Source: Scenedesmus sp. PABB004 (Eukaryota). Taken from it: a stretch of DNA of 64,000 nt. Below the pieces are notes generated by a model. That model saw only the letters and a list, made by a program, of their open reading frames with translations. It was not told the origin of the DNA and searched no databases. The stretch spans positions 4,030,001 to 4,094,000 of the forward strand of contig CM026547.1 in the NCBI GenBank assembly GCA_014905635.1. The letters are read 5' to 3'. Within the stretch, counting starts at the first letter, position 1; each line of letters starts with the position of its first letter. Below, one piece after another: positions 23,487 through 35,695 of the stretch. The translations under genes were made by a program, and so were the position numbers.

Positions 23487-26400
23487 TCACTCCACGTCGA
23501 TGCCGGTGACCACGCCCACTGCCACGGTGCGCCCGCCCTCGCGCAGCGCGACGCGGCCGAGGGCCTTGACGTCTGCGAAGAGCTCCAGCGGCAGCGGCCG
23601 CACCGGCGTCACCTCGACCAGCGCCGTCTGCGGCCGCGGCGGCGCCGGGCGTCACGCGGCAGCGCCGCCCGCCCCCGGCCCCGCGCGCGCGCGCGCCGCG
23701 CGCGTCGCGCCGCGCCGCGCCGCGCCGCGCCGCGTCGCGCCGCGCCGCACCTGCCCGCCGAGCAGGCAGCGCGGCTTGCGCGCGCGCGCCGCGCCGCTCT
23801 TGGCGTCACAGAGGCCGAGCAGGGACGAGATGACGCCCGCTTCGCGCGCGGTGTGGGCGTGGATGGTCACCGCGTGGCCCTTGAGTATCGGCAGCGGCAC
23901 CGGCAGCACCAGGACCTGCACCGTGAAGCGCGCCGCGAGGTGCACCGGGAAGCGCGGGTGGCAGAGCACCGCGCCCGCGTGCAGTGCCGCCGCGTCGACG
24001 CCGGTGAGCACGACGTCGGCGCTGTCGCCCGCGAGCGCGAGCGGCGCGTGGTCCTGCGCGCGCGGCGGCGCGGCGCGGCGCGGCGCGGCGCGCTCAGCGG
24101 CGGCGCGGGCCCGCCCTGCCCCACCGCGCCCGCGCCCGCTCCCTCGCGGCGCCCCCGCCGTCGCCGTCGCCGCGCGGGCGCGCACACCTGGCCGTTGACG
24201 TCGAGGCTCTTGACCACCGCCGTCTCAAAGCCCGGCACGACCAGCACGCGGCTGCCCGGCCGCAGCGCGCCGCCCTCGAGCTTGCCCCCGACCACCACGC
24301 CGCCGCCCTGGCGCGGCTTGCCCACGTCCTGCACCGGCACGCGCAGCGGCGCGCCTGCGGCGGCCGGCGGCGGCGGCGGCGGCGGCGCGCTGGCCGTGGG
24401 CGCGGGCGCGCCGCGCCGCGCGGCCTGCGGGCCGCGGCGCGAGGCCCCCCACAGCCGCCTCGCCCCCGGCGCCCCGCGGCGCCCCGCGGCGCCCCGCGGC
24501 GCGCTCGCACCCGCGTTGCGGGGCTTGGGCCGGAACGCGTCGATCGCCTGCACCAGCGTAGGCCCGCGCCACCACGCCGCCAGCTGCGGCGCGGTCGGCG
24601 GCGACACCAGGTTCTGGCCGGCGGGCCCGACCGCGGGCAGCCACTGCACGGCGGCGTCCCGGAAGCCCACGGACTTGAGGAACGGCAGCAGCTGGCCGCG
24701 GATGTACTCAAACCGCTCCTGCCGCGGTGTTGTGAGGCGAGGGTTTAGGCCAGGGGTCTAAACCCTGGGCCCCGCACACGCGGCGGCGAGCGCGCGCGCG
24801 GCGGCGGCGGCGCGCCGCACCTGGCTGTACTCGCACGTGTCCAGCTTGCTCACCACCACCGCCAGCTGCTCCACGCCCAGGCTGCGCGCGAGCTGCGCGT
24901 GCTCCTGCGTCTGCCCGCCCGGCGGCGCCTCGCCAAAGCCGCCGCCGCCGGCGCCGCCGGCGCCCTCGCCGTAAAAGCCCGCCTCAAAGCCGCCTGCGCG
25001 CGGCGTGCGGGCACAGCCGTTGCGTGCCCGGCGCTGCGCGCGCCGCGCGCGCGCGCAGCTGCCCCCTGCCGGCCTCGTCAGCGCGCACCCGGTGATCCGT
25101 CGACGAGCAGCAGCGCCGCGTCGGCGAGGCCCGCGCCGGCGATCATGTTTGGCACAAAGTCGCGGTGCCCCGGCGCGTCGAGCAGCGTGACGTCGTGCCC
25201 CGGCGTGACAAAGCGCGCGAGCGCGACGTCCACCGTCACGCCGCGCGCGCGCTCCTCGGGCCGCTCGTCCAGCACCCACGCCCAGCTGAACGACGCCTGC
25301 GCGCGCACGCGACGGCGGCGGCGGCGGCGGCGGCGCACGGCGCGGGTGAGTGAGCGGTCCGCGCCGCCGCGGTCCGAGCGCGCCGCCGCTGCGGCTCGCC
25401 GCCCCACGTCGTGCGCCGCGGCCCCACCTTGCCCGCGGCGGCGGCGTCCTTTTGGTTTTTGTGCACCTCCTTGCTGCTGACGTGGCCGAGCTCGTGCAGC
25501 AGCCGGCCCATGAGCGTCGACTTGCCCGCATCGACGTGGCCCATCACCACAAGGTGCAGCCCCCGCCGCCCCGCGTCGCTCGCCGCCTCCGCCGCGAGCG
25601 CGGCGTCCACGTCCCTGCGCGGCGTGCCGCGGCGTGGCGCGGCGCGGCGGCGCTCGTGGCGGGCGCTCGCGGCGGGCGCCGGCGGCGAGGCCGCCCCCGC
25701 CGGGTGCCGCGACCCCGGGCGCCGCGCCGCGCAGCCGACCCACCGCGCCAGCTCGGGCTCCAACTGGTACTCGCGCAGTGGCCGCCACGGCACGGTGGGG
25801 CCGCCGGCACCGCCGCGCGCGCGCTTGCCGTCGCCGCCGCCGCCCAGACCGTCGCCGCTGGCGCTGGCGCTGTCGCTGGCGAGGTGCAGGCCGTCCAGGT
25901 CGTGCAGCGCCGCGTCGATGCTGTGCTGCGACGCAAGCGCGATGCCGCCGCCGCTGCCGCTGCCGCCGTCGCCGCCCTGCTGCTTGCGCGCCTGCGCCGC
26001 CTGCTGCTGCTGCTTGACCGTCGGCGTGCGCGAGGGCGCCAGCGGGATGCCGACCGTGGGCCGCCCTGCGCGGCGGCGGCGGCGGCTGCCGTCGGACGGT
26101 GCCGGCAAGGGGCTGCAGACCGGCTGCCTCGCGGCGCGGTGCGCACCCGCCGGCCCCGCAGCCTTGGCCCTGTCGTCCGGCGAGGGGGAGGCAAAGTCAA
26201 AGCCAGGCTGCTGCGCCGCGGGCGACAGCGGGTACGCCGCCCCGCGGTGCTGGATGTTGGCCACGTGCGCGACGGCGGCTGCGACGCGCGGGCGGTGGCG
26301 CAGCGGCGGCGGCAGTGGCAGCGGCGGGGCGGGCGGGTGGGCGGCACCGGCGCCCGCGCGCACCGCTGGCGGCGCAGCAGGCGCCGCCTGCCGCCGCGCC

Positions 26401-26834
26401 TGCTGCCGCGCGCGCTGCCCCGGCCCGCGCACCCCCCCGCTGTGGTCTGCCGTCGGGCCTCGGCGGCGGCGGGTCGGCCAGCGCTCGCGCCAGCACCGAA
26501 GCACCTGCTGCTGCCGCTGGCGCGTTGGGCTTTGCGTGCGGCGCCGCCTTGGGCTTGGCGTGGCCGTGCGCGCCCTGCGCCCGGGGCGGCGTGCGGCGCC
26601 GGCGTGTGGGGTCTGGCGGGCCAGAGGCGGCGGGCCGGAGGCGGCGCGGCTGCCGCCGGCCGGCGCCGCTGCTGCCGCGCCATCTCCGCCGCCGCGCAGG
26701 CCCCACACGCCGCGCACCTTGGCGCCCGCGCCGGTCACGGGCTCGTCCCACTCGTCCTCCTCGTCGTCGTCCCAGTCATCGTCGAGGTCGTCGTCGTCGT
26801 AATAGCCCGCGCCGCCGCGCCGCTGCCCGCCCAT
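23487..26834 (-). CDS. HBS1: HBS1-like translational GTPase with a Ski7-type N-terminal motif; multi-exon
   Basis: Acidic N-terminus [90 protein letters not shown]-terminal [28 protein letters not shown] at 26201-26172. Confidence 0.92.
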
Positions 26835-26987
26835 GCTGCGCCCGGCAGCGATCGATGGCGCCGCGACGGCGACAGGGGCGGTCGGGAGTAGCAGCGCTTC
26901 CGGCGGCCAGGCGTGGCGTTGCAATTACGGAGGCGCAGCGTTGAGCCGCCGCGCTGTTGCGGCCGCGGCGCGGTGCCGCTCCGGGCC

Positions 26988-27019
26988 CCCGACACCGGGC
27001 CCGACACCGGCCCCGACAC
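26988..27019 (+). repeat. Three tandem CCCGACAC(CGG) units in the short divergent promoter between HBS1 and the ubiquitin-like gene
   Basis: Direct reading. The two start codons (26834 minus, 27027 plus) are only about 190 nt apart. Confidence 0.7.
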
Positions 27020-27026
27020 GAGAGCG

Positions 27027-27473
27027 ATGGACCTGGGCGGCGCGCTCGAGCGCTCGCGCGCGGCGGCCGGCGCCGACCGCGCGACCGAGCGCGCGGCGGA
27101 GGAGGGCGACGACGTGCAGCTCGTGCTGCAGGTGCGTGTGGGAGCTTGTGGCGGGTGGCGCAGCGGCGCCGCGCGGCTGGGAGCAGCCAGCGGCGCCCGG
27201 CGCGCGACCGCTGCGCGCGCCGCTGGCTCCAGCCGCGCCCTGCCCGCGCCGCAGCTGCCGGACGGGACGCAGCACACGCGGTCGTTCAAGCTGGGGGCGA
27301 CCGTCGCGTGGGTCAAGATGGCGATCGAGCAGCAGTTTGGCGTGCGGGTGGGCCAGCTCTCGAGCGGCGGCAAGGCGCTGATCGACCCGCTGTCGCTGGC
27401 CGACTGCCCGGGCATCTCCGCGGACGCCGCGCCCTGCCTGGTGCTCGTGAGCGAAGCCGGCGCGGCGGCGTAG
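27027..27473 (+). CDS. Small ubiquitin-like (beta-grasp) protein; 2 exons
   Basis: MDLGG...VQLVLQ|LPDGTQHTRSFKLGATVAWVKMAIEQQFG...GGKALIDPLSLAD has a ubiquitin-like pattern (LPDG, TVxxVKxxI, GKxL). No C-terminal di-Gly. Confidence 0.7.
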   Translation: MDLGGALERSRAAAGADRATERAAEEGDDVQLVLQVRVGACGGWRSGAARLGAASGARRATAARAAGSSRALPAPQLPDGTQHTRSFKLGATVAWVKMAIEQQFGVRVGQLSSGGKALIDPLSLADCPGISADAAPCLVLVSEAGAAA

Positions 27474-27625
27474 CCGCGGCCGGCGCAGCAGCGCCTGCCG
27501 GCAGCTGGCGCGCGCGTTCAAACTCGCGGGGGGAGGGAGGGAGGGATTCCTTTGCACGTGCAGTGTGACACGGCGCGGGCCCCGCCGGCCGACCGACCGT
27601 TTGACCGAGCGACCAGCGCGCGCGC

Positions 27626-29688
27626 TCACATCGCGGCGGCCGCGGCGGCCACGATCTCGTCGCGCACGAGCGCAAACGCGGCCACGAGCGCGCCGAGCTG
27701 CAGCGCCTCGCTGCAGCCGTACGCGAGGCGGTGCTCGATGTCCGCCAGCTTGTCCACGAGCGTGATGCGCACGCGCGGCGGCAGCGCGTCGATGCTGAAC
27801 ATCCACCTGCGCGCCGCGGCGCGGCACGGCGCGGGGCGGGCGGGCGGGGATGGGCGGCGGTGCTCGGAGGCGCGCGCGCACACAGGGCCGAGCACGGGGC
27901 GACGGACAGGACGGGCGCGGGGCGCCGCGCGCGCGCGACGCACGGGTGCAGCTCGCGCACGATGTCGACGAGCGCGACGCCGCGGTCGACCTGCAGCTTG
28001 GCGATGCCTGCGGCGCGGCGGCGGCGCGGCGCGGCCGTCAGCGGCCCGCCCGCCCGCCCCAGCGCGCGCCGCGCCGCGCGCGCGGCGCTGCTGGCGCCCC
28101 GGCACTCCGGCGCCCCCGTGCGCGGCGCGGCGCGCGCGGCGTGTCCGCGGGCTCACTCTGGAAGGCTGTGACGAATGGCTCGTTGAGCAGCCAGTTAATG
28201 ACGGCCTCGATGTCAGACGGCAGCGGGTTGCCGGTCGTGAGGTACACGCTGGTCTCGTCCACCACCTCGCACGCCATGTGCGCAGACTGCGGCGTTTGAA
28301 CGCAGTTGAGCGTGCGCGGGCGGGCGCACAGGCGCGGGCGCGGGCGCAGCCGGCGGGGAGCGGCGGCGGAGGGGGGTGGGGGGGGGGGGGGGCGTGCGCG
28401 CGGGCCGCGCGCCGCGCGCCTGCAGGATGTTGAGCGTGCGCCGCATGTCGCCGCAGCCGAGGCGGATGAGCGCGTCCATGCCGCCGGGGCCCATGTTGAC
28501 CCTGCGGCGAGCGCGCGGCGGGCGGTGCGCTCGCGCGCAGCGCCCGCGCCCGCGCCCTGCCGCGCGCGCGCGCCGCTGCTCCCCGCGCGCGCGGCCGCCC
28601 GCCGCCGCGGCGCCGCCCCCTGCCGCGCACCCCTCGGCGTCCACAACGTGCTGCAGGCGGTCGCGCACGTTGTCCTCGTCGAGGGGCGGGAAGCGGAAGC
28701 GCGTGCAGCGCGACTGCAGCGCGGGGATGATCTTGCTCACGTAGTTGCAGATGAGGCAGAAGCGCGTGTTGCGCGTGTACTTCTCAATCACTGCGCGCGC
28801 GCGCAGCAGCAGCAGCAGGCCGCGGGGTGCGCGTGGGTGCGTGTGCGTGTGTGGGTGTGGGTGTGCGTGGGTGTGTGCATGGGCGCGCGTCGCGCCGGCG
28901 GCGGCGCGAAGCAGTCGGGAGCCGCGGCGGCGCGCGCACCGCGGCGCAGCGCAAACTGCGCGTCGCGCGTCATCGCGTCGCACTCGTCGAGGATGACGAG
29001 CTTGAACTTGGTGCTGCGTGGGTGAGGAGCAGCGGCGGCGGGGGAGGAGGGCAGTGAGGGCGGGCCGGCCGGCCGGCGCGGGCGGGCGCCGGGTGCGCCG
29101 CCGGCCGCCGCGCAGCGCGGGCCGCGCGCTCGCTCGAGCTTGGCCGACCGCGCGTGCACGGGCGCGGGCGCGCGCGCGCGGCGCGCGCCTGAACACGCTG
29201 CGCGTGGAGGCAAAGTCCTGGATCTGCTGGCGCACGACGTCGATGCCGCGGTCGTCGCTCGCGTTGAGCTCGAGCGTCATGTTCGGCAGCGCGGCGCCGT
29301 ACATCGACCGCGCGACCGCGAGGATCGTGCTCGTCTTGCCCGTCCCCGGCGGGCCGTAGAGCAGAAGGTGCGGCAGCCGGTTCTCCGACGTGAGCTTCTT
29401 GACTGCGGTGTGCGGCGCGGCGGTTGGCGCCGCCGCGCCGCCGCGCCGCGCCGCTGCGCCGCCGCGGGCGCCGTGGCAGGCGCGGCAGCGGCGCGGGGCG
29501 CGGGGGCGCGCACTGGTGTCGATGATCTCCTTGTGCGCCGCGACGTCGTCGAGCGACTTGGGGCGGTACTTTTCGACCCACGGCGCGCCGCGGCCCTCCG
29601 TCAGCCGGTCCACGCGCGCCTTGCTCGGCGCCGCCGGCGCCGGCGCGGGGTCGGTCTGCATGGGCTCCGGGCCGCCGCCGGGCGCCAT
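27626..29688 (-). CDS. RFC5: Replication factor C small subunit (human RFC5 / yeast Rfc3 type); multi-exon
   Basis: PWVEKYRPKSLDDV; LPHLLLYGPPGTGKTSTILA; LELNASDDRGIDVVRQQIQDFAST; FKLVILDECDAMTRDAQFALRR; IEKYTRNTRFCLICNYVSKIIPALQSRCTRFRF. Confidence 0.95.
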
Positions 29689-30398
29689 GGCGGCGCGCGG
29701 GTGCGCGCCGCGCCGCGCGCGCGGGGCGGCGCCGCGTCCGCTGCTGCCGCGCCGCGCCGCCGCGCTGCGCCTGCCGGGCCGCGCGGTCGCGGTCCGGGGC
29801 TGTGCCGCGCGGGCTGAGGCGCGTCCCTGGGCGCGGGTGTGGCGCGGCGGGCGCTGAGGGGCGTGGGGCGCGGGCTGCTGCTGATGGCGCCGGGCGCGGG
29901 GCTGTGGGGCGCAGCGGCGTCTCGGGGCGGCGTGATCGGCGGCTGTGCGAGCCTGGGTGCGCCTCGGGAGGGGAGGGGCGGCTGACGCTCCGCGCTGGGC
30001 CCTCGCGCGCACTCCTGGGCCCTGGCGCGCCGCCTCGCGTGCGGTTGGGCTTCGCGCCGATGCCATCCGGCTCCGCGGCTCCCGCCCACACCCAGCTCGT
30101 GCCGACGCGGCGTCGCTGGCGCGCCCGCACGGGACAGCCGCAGCAGCTCGCGGGTCGTTCAAATCCTGGGCGCCCGCAGGCCGTGCAGCATGCGGCCCTG
30201 AACGGGAGCTGACGTGCACCGACGCCACGCGCAGCGCCAGGCCGCCCCGGCCGAGCAGGCGCCCGCAGGCGCTGGACATCTGTGCGCGGCAGCGGTGCGC
30301 GCCGCCGCCGCCCCTGGGCGACGCCGGGCGCGGCAGGCGCCCGCCCGGCGCGTGAGGGCCATCAAGAGTAGCCATCTAGTAGCGGGGCAGCGGGCGGC

Positions 30399-33300
30399 AT
30401 GTCGTCCTCGGCGCAGGCGCCGGGCGCCAGCGGCGGCGCCGCCGCGCGCGGTGGCGGCGAGCCCAAGGCCAAGCAGCCGCTGCGCTCCGACGCGACGCGG
30501 CCGTCCCCCCGCAACGCCGGCGGCGCCGCACTGCTGGGCGCGGGCGGCGCCGCGGCGCGCGGCGGCGGCCGGCTGTCGGCGCTGAGCGGCGCGGCGGCGG
30601 CGGCGCCGCCCGGCGGCGGCGCAGCAGCCGGCGCCGGCGCGGCGGCCGCGCGCCCGGCCGGCGGCAGCGGCGCGCCCCGCGCCAGCGCGGCGTCCGCGGC
30701 GGCCGCCGCCGAGCTGGCCCGGCAGAAGGCGGCCGAGGCGGCGGCGGCGGTGCTCGAGGCGCAGACCAAGGCCGCCGCGGCGGCGGCGTTCCAGGGCCGC
30801 GGCGGCGCCGCCAGCGCCGCGCACGCCACGCCGGGCGCGGCCAGCGACTACCTGGCGCAGAGCAACGCGCTGTACGGCGCGGAGAGCAGCATGACGCCGT
30901 CGGTGCGGCAGCGCGACTACGCGCCGTCGCTCTCGCCCGACATTGAGCAGCTCGCGCGCGGCGGCTGCGCCGCGCCGCCCGGGCGCGGCACTTGCCGCGT
31001 GCGCGCCACGGGGCGGGCCGGGCGCGGCGGCGGCGCCGCCCAAGGCGGCGACGTCGTTCCTGCCCACGACCGGCGACCTCTTCGCGCAGCCGGACCAGGG
31101 AGCCGCCGCGCAGGTGCGACGCCCCGCCGGCCGCGCCGCCGCGCGCGCGCTCAGCGGCCCCGCGCGCCCTGCCCTCGGCGCGCCCGCTGACGGCCGACAA
31201 TCCGCACCCGCGTGCCCCCCGCCCCCGCCAGCCGCTCGTGCTGGACGTCGCCGGCACGCAGCTCGTCAGCCCCGCCTGGAACCAGGCGCGGCCCTGGCTG
31301 ACCGGCAGCTGGCTCATGGCCTTCCCGCCAGACTTCCTCGCCGAATCGGGCTGCGGCGGCGGCGGCGGCGCCGCGCCGCCCCCGCTGCGCGACCTCGGCG
31401 CGCTCGGCCCCGCGGAGCAGGAGGCGGCGCTGGTGGACGACCTGCTGTCTGTGTTCATGGGCCAGGCGGGCGAGTACGTGACGCACGAGCTCGCCGAGGG
31501 GCCCAAGTGGGCGCGCCTCGCGCTCACCGTGCGCGGCGTCGCCGACGCGGGGCTCGTGGAGCAGGTGCGGCGCCGGCCCGCGCCGCGCCGCGCGGCACGC
31601 CGCCGGCGCGCAGCGCAGCGCTGCCGCGCCCAGAGCGCCGCCCGGCCCAGCGCGCCGCCGCCGCCGCCGCCGCCTTGGGGGGCGCCGCCAGGTGGAGCGG
31701 CTGCTGCCGCTGTGCGAGTGCGTTTACGTCATCAAGCGATTTGTGGAGACGCGGTCGCGCATCGAGCACCCCATGGTGGCGCAGGTGCGCCGCTGTGCCC
31801 CCGCCGCGCGCCCCCCGCTTCGCACCCGCGCGGCGCCGCGGCGCGCGTCCGCGCCGCGCCCCCGCTCCCCCGTTGCCCCGCCGCCCCCGCGCCTCACGCC
31901 CGGCCCGCGCGCTGTGTGCGCCGCGCAGGCGCTCGCCGCGGCGATGCGCAAGCTGCAGGAGGAGTGGTGGCTGCTGGTGGTGCAGCTTGAGCACAAGGCC
32001 CTCGCCGGCGAGCTCAGCCTGGCGGGCCTGGTCTACTACTGCCAGGCGCCCGCCGCGAGCCTGGAGCTGCTGGCCAGCATCGCGGTGAGCGGCCGCCGGC
32101 GCCGGCGCGGCGCGGCGCAGCTGGGCGCTGCCGCCGACCGCGCGCCGCCGCCGATCGCGCGCTGCCGCCGCCAGGGCGAGGCGTCGGACGCCGACTCGCT
32201 CACCTCGGCGGGGCTGCTCAACCTGCTGCTCGCGCGGCAGCGGTCGCTCGCGGGCGACCGCGCGGGCCAGGCGCTCGTGGGGCAGCTGCTGCACGCCGCG
32301 GCGGAGCCCTACTTTGCCGTGCTGCGCCAGTGGCTGTGCTGGGGCGTGCTGGACGACCCCTATAACGAGTTCATGATCAAGGTGCGGCTGGCTGGCTCGG
32401 CTGGCTGGCTGTCTGGGTGTATAGGTGTTGGTGGTGTGCCTGTGTGTGGGAGTCGTGATTGCGGGTGGGTGTTTCGATTGCGTGGGTGTGCTGAGCTCCG
32501 CGGCGGCGGCGCGAGCGAGGCGCCCGCGCCCGCGCCGGACGCCGCCGCAGGAGGACCCCGCCGTGCAGCGCGACGCGCTCACGCCCGACGGCCAGCCCGC
32601 GTTCTGGGGCGCGCGGTACCGCCTGCGCGGCGCCGTGACCGGCGGCGGCGGGGGGCACGACGTGCCGGAGTTCCTCGCCAGCAGCAAGGAGGCCATCCTC
32701 GTCACGGGTGCGGCGCGCCCTGCGCCCCGCGCCTCGCCCGCAGCGCGGCCGCGGCCCTGCGCCCGGCCGGGGCTGCCGCCTGTGCACGCGCCCGGCCCTA
32801 AGCCCTAAAGCCCTGCTGAACCCCCTGCCGCCGCCGCCGCTGCCCCCGGGGGCGCAGGCAAGTACCTCAACGTCATTCGCCAGTGCGGCCAGCCCGTGCC
32901 GCCCGCGCCCGACGCGACGCTCGCCAAGCTGCGCTACGGCGGCGGCCCCGCCGACGGCGGCGGCAGCCCCGCGTTCCTGCAAGGCGCGCGCACGCCGCGC
33001 GCCGTGCGCGCGAGCCGCTGGCGGCGCGGCGTGGGACCCCGCCGGGCGTGGGCGTGCGCGCGCGCTGAGCGCTGCCGGGCACCGCCGCGTCGCGTGCGCC
33101 GCGCGCAGGCATCCAGGAGGCGCTGTCGGCGGCGGCGGGCGCGCTGCTGGGGCTCATGAGGGGGCCCCAGGGCCGGCTGATGAGCTGGCTGCACAGCCTC
33201 AAGCACTTTTTCCTGCTCGATCAGGCGCGCCGCGCCGCCGCCGCCGCTGGCTCCCCGCGCCACCATGCCCCTGCAGCGCGAGCTGGCGCCCGCAAGGGGG

Positions 33301-35212
33301 CGCGCCCGTCCGCCGCCCGACGCGGCTCCCCCGCGGCGCGCGCCCGCCCGCCCGCCGCAGGGCGACCTGCTCGTGCACCTGCTGGAGCAGCCGGAGCTGT
33401 CGCAGCCGCCGGGCGCGCTGCCGCCGCACCGGCTGCAGGGCCTGCTAGACGCCGCGCTGCGCAGCAGCAGCGTCGCGGCGAGCCCGCACGTGGAGGTCGT
33501 CGGCGAGGGCGTGCTGGGCGGCGTGATGGACCGGCGCAGCCTGATGCAGCTCGTCACCGCCGCGACGTGCAGCCTCGACGGCGGCGACGGCGGCGGCGCC
33601 AAGGTGCGGCGCGGCGCGTGCCGGCCCCGCGCCAGCCCGCCGGCACAGGCCAGCCGCCGACGCACCTCACCGCGCCCACGCCCGCGTCGCCGCCCGCGGC
33701 GCAGCTGGCCGACGCGCCGGCCGCGCTGCTTGCGGGCGACGGCGGCGCGAGCTGCCTGGAGAGCCTGCTGCTGACAGTGAAGCTGAGCTGGCCCATCACG
33801 CTCGTGGTCAGCCGGCGCCAGCTGCTGCACTACCAGGTGCGCACGGCCTGCCGCCAGCCTGCTTGCGCGCTGGCTCGGCGTGCGCTGGCCCCGCGCCGTC
33901 GCCGCCGCCGCCGTGCCGACGCGCCGCGCCGCCCTGCACCGCCTCCGCAGGTCATCTTCAAGCACCTCCTGAGCCTGAAGTGGGCGGAGCGCGACCTCGG
34001 GCGCCTGTGGCAGGGCCTGCGCACGACGAAGCGCCTCAGCAAGTGCGGGCGGCGGCGGCGCCGCCCAGCCGCCCCGCGCACCCGCGCGCGCCGCCGCGCC
34101 CAGCCTTGCCCGTCGGTGCCGGCCCGCGCCCGACCCGCGCCGCCCGGCGCCGCGCCGCCGCAGGGAGGACCAGGTGCGCTTCCGGCCGTGGCACCTGCTG
34201 TGCTCGCAGCTGCTGCACGTCGTGGGCGAGGTGGGGCGCTTCACCTCGTTCGGCGTGCTCGAGCCCCTCTGGACTGACATGTATGCGGCGCTCGGCGGCG
34301 CCGGCAACATGGACGAGGTGCGCACGGCCTGGCGGCGCCCGCCGGCACGCGCGGCCCTGCCCTCCGAGCCGCGCCGCGCCGCGGCGCCGGCCGGGCCGCG
34401 CCCGCCGAGCGCGCCCGTGCCCACCGCCGCGCGCGGTGCTCGCACGCAGGTGATCGCGCTGCACGACGCGTTCCTGTCTGCCGCGCTCGAGCGCGCGCTG
34501 CTGACCGAGGGCCGCACCATGCGCCACGTCGGCGTGCTGCTCGCGGCCGCGCACGAGCTGGCGCGCGACGCGGAGGGCCTGCTGGGCGGCAACGAGCGCG
34601 GCGCCAAGGGTGCGGCGTGGTCTGGCGGCCGCGGCCGGCGCCCGCCCCTGCACGCCGGCTCCCGCTCCGACGCCCACCGCCCGCCACGCCGTCCGCGCCC
34701 GCGCGCGCGCAGGCCCCGCCGCCGCCGCGCGCGGCGGCGCCGCGCCCGCGGTGGACGCGCAGCGCCTGATGTCGCTCTTTGCGCGCGACGCGACGCGCCA
34801 GGCGGCGCTCGCGGCGCTGCAGGCCAAGGTCGACGCCGCGCTGCTCGCGCTCGTGGGCGAGCTGGAGCAGCACTACCAGGCGCTGCTCTGCGCCGGCCCC
34901 GACGCGCCGGGCGGCCTCGCGGCCGGCGGCATCGCGGCCGGCGCGGCGGCGCTGCGCATGTCGCTGAGCGTCGCGGTCGGGCCGGGCGCGTCGGCGCTCG
35001 GCGGCGCCGCCGGCGGCGGTGACCTTGCGGGCCGCCTGGGCGGCGGCGGCCAGGCGCGCGGCGGCGCCGGCGGCGTCGGCGACGCGAGCCGGGAGCTCGC
35101 GAGCCTGCACAACCTCATCCAGCGCCTGGAGCTGGCCTGCCGCATGGGCGGCGGTGGCGCGCGGGCGGGCGGCGGCGGCGGGGCGGCGGCGTGGGGGCTG
35201 GCCGGGTACTGA
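30399..35212 (+). CDS. GCP2: Gamma-tubulin complex component 2 (Spc97/GCP2 family); multi-exon
   Basis: QEAALVDDLLSVFMGQAGEY; AEPYFAVLRQWLCWGVLDDPYNEFMI; VPEFLASSKEAILVTGKYLNVIRQCG; SLKHFFLLDQ|GDLLVH; SWPITLVVSRRQLLHYQ|VIFKHLLSLKWAERDL. Confidence 0.88.
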
Positions 35213-35695
35213 GTGGTGGCCGGGCGGGCGGGGGCGTCTGGGGCGGCGCTGGGCACCTTGCAACAGCTCTGTTGCAGAGTGCGCCGCGTCGCAATCAGTG
35301 CGCAGCCCCCGCGCGCGCGCGGGGCGCTATAACTAGGTGGCCTCGTCGGGCCCAGAAGCGCAGAGTTGTGTTGGCAAAAGGGCCGTCCGCCGTTTCGAAT
35401 GAATGAATGCAACAGACCGCCGCCGCGCTGCCGTTGTGTGCCGCCGTGCGTGCAGCACGCGCGGCGCGGCGCGCGCACGAACACAGGGCTCGCCGCCGCC
35501 GCCCGCCTGCGTGCGCCGCTCCGCGCGAGGAGCCTACGTAAAACAAGGGTCTCGCGCTGGGTGCCAGGGCCGGACAATCGGTCCGCCGAGGCGCACGCAC
35601 ACACGCGGCGCGCGCGGCAGCAGTGCGCCGCGCTCTCAACGCTCGCCTTCACGAGTTGCCTCTGGCCTTTCTAGCTAGCCCCAAACAAGCAGCCG

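Noticed and set aside
24740..24766. AGGGTTTAG…CTAAACCCT inverted telomere-like motif in an HBS1 intron (resembles the plant telomerase RNA template)
   Set aside because: It is only 9 bp, with no upstream USE/TATA or T-run terminator. It is better explained as a short interstitial telomeric or telo-box remnant; a similar degenerate one lies near 32797.
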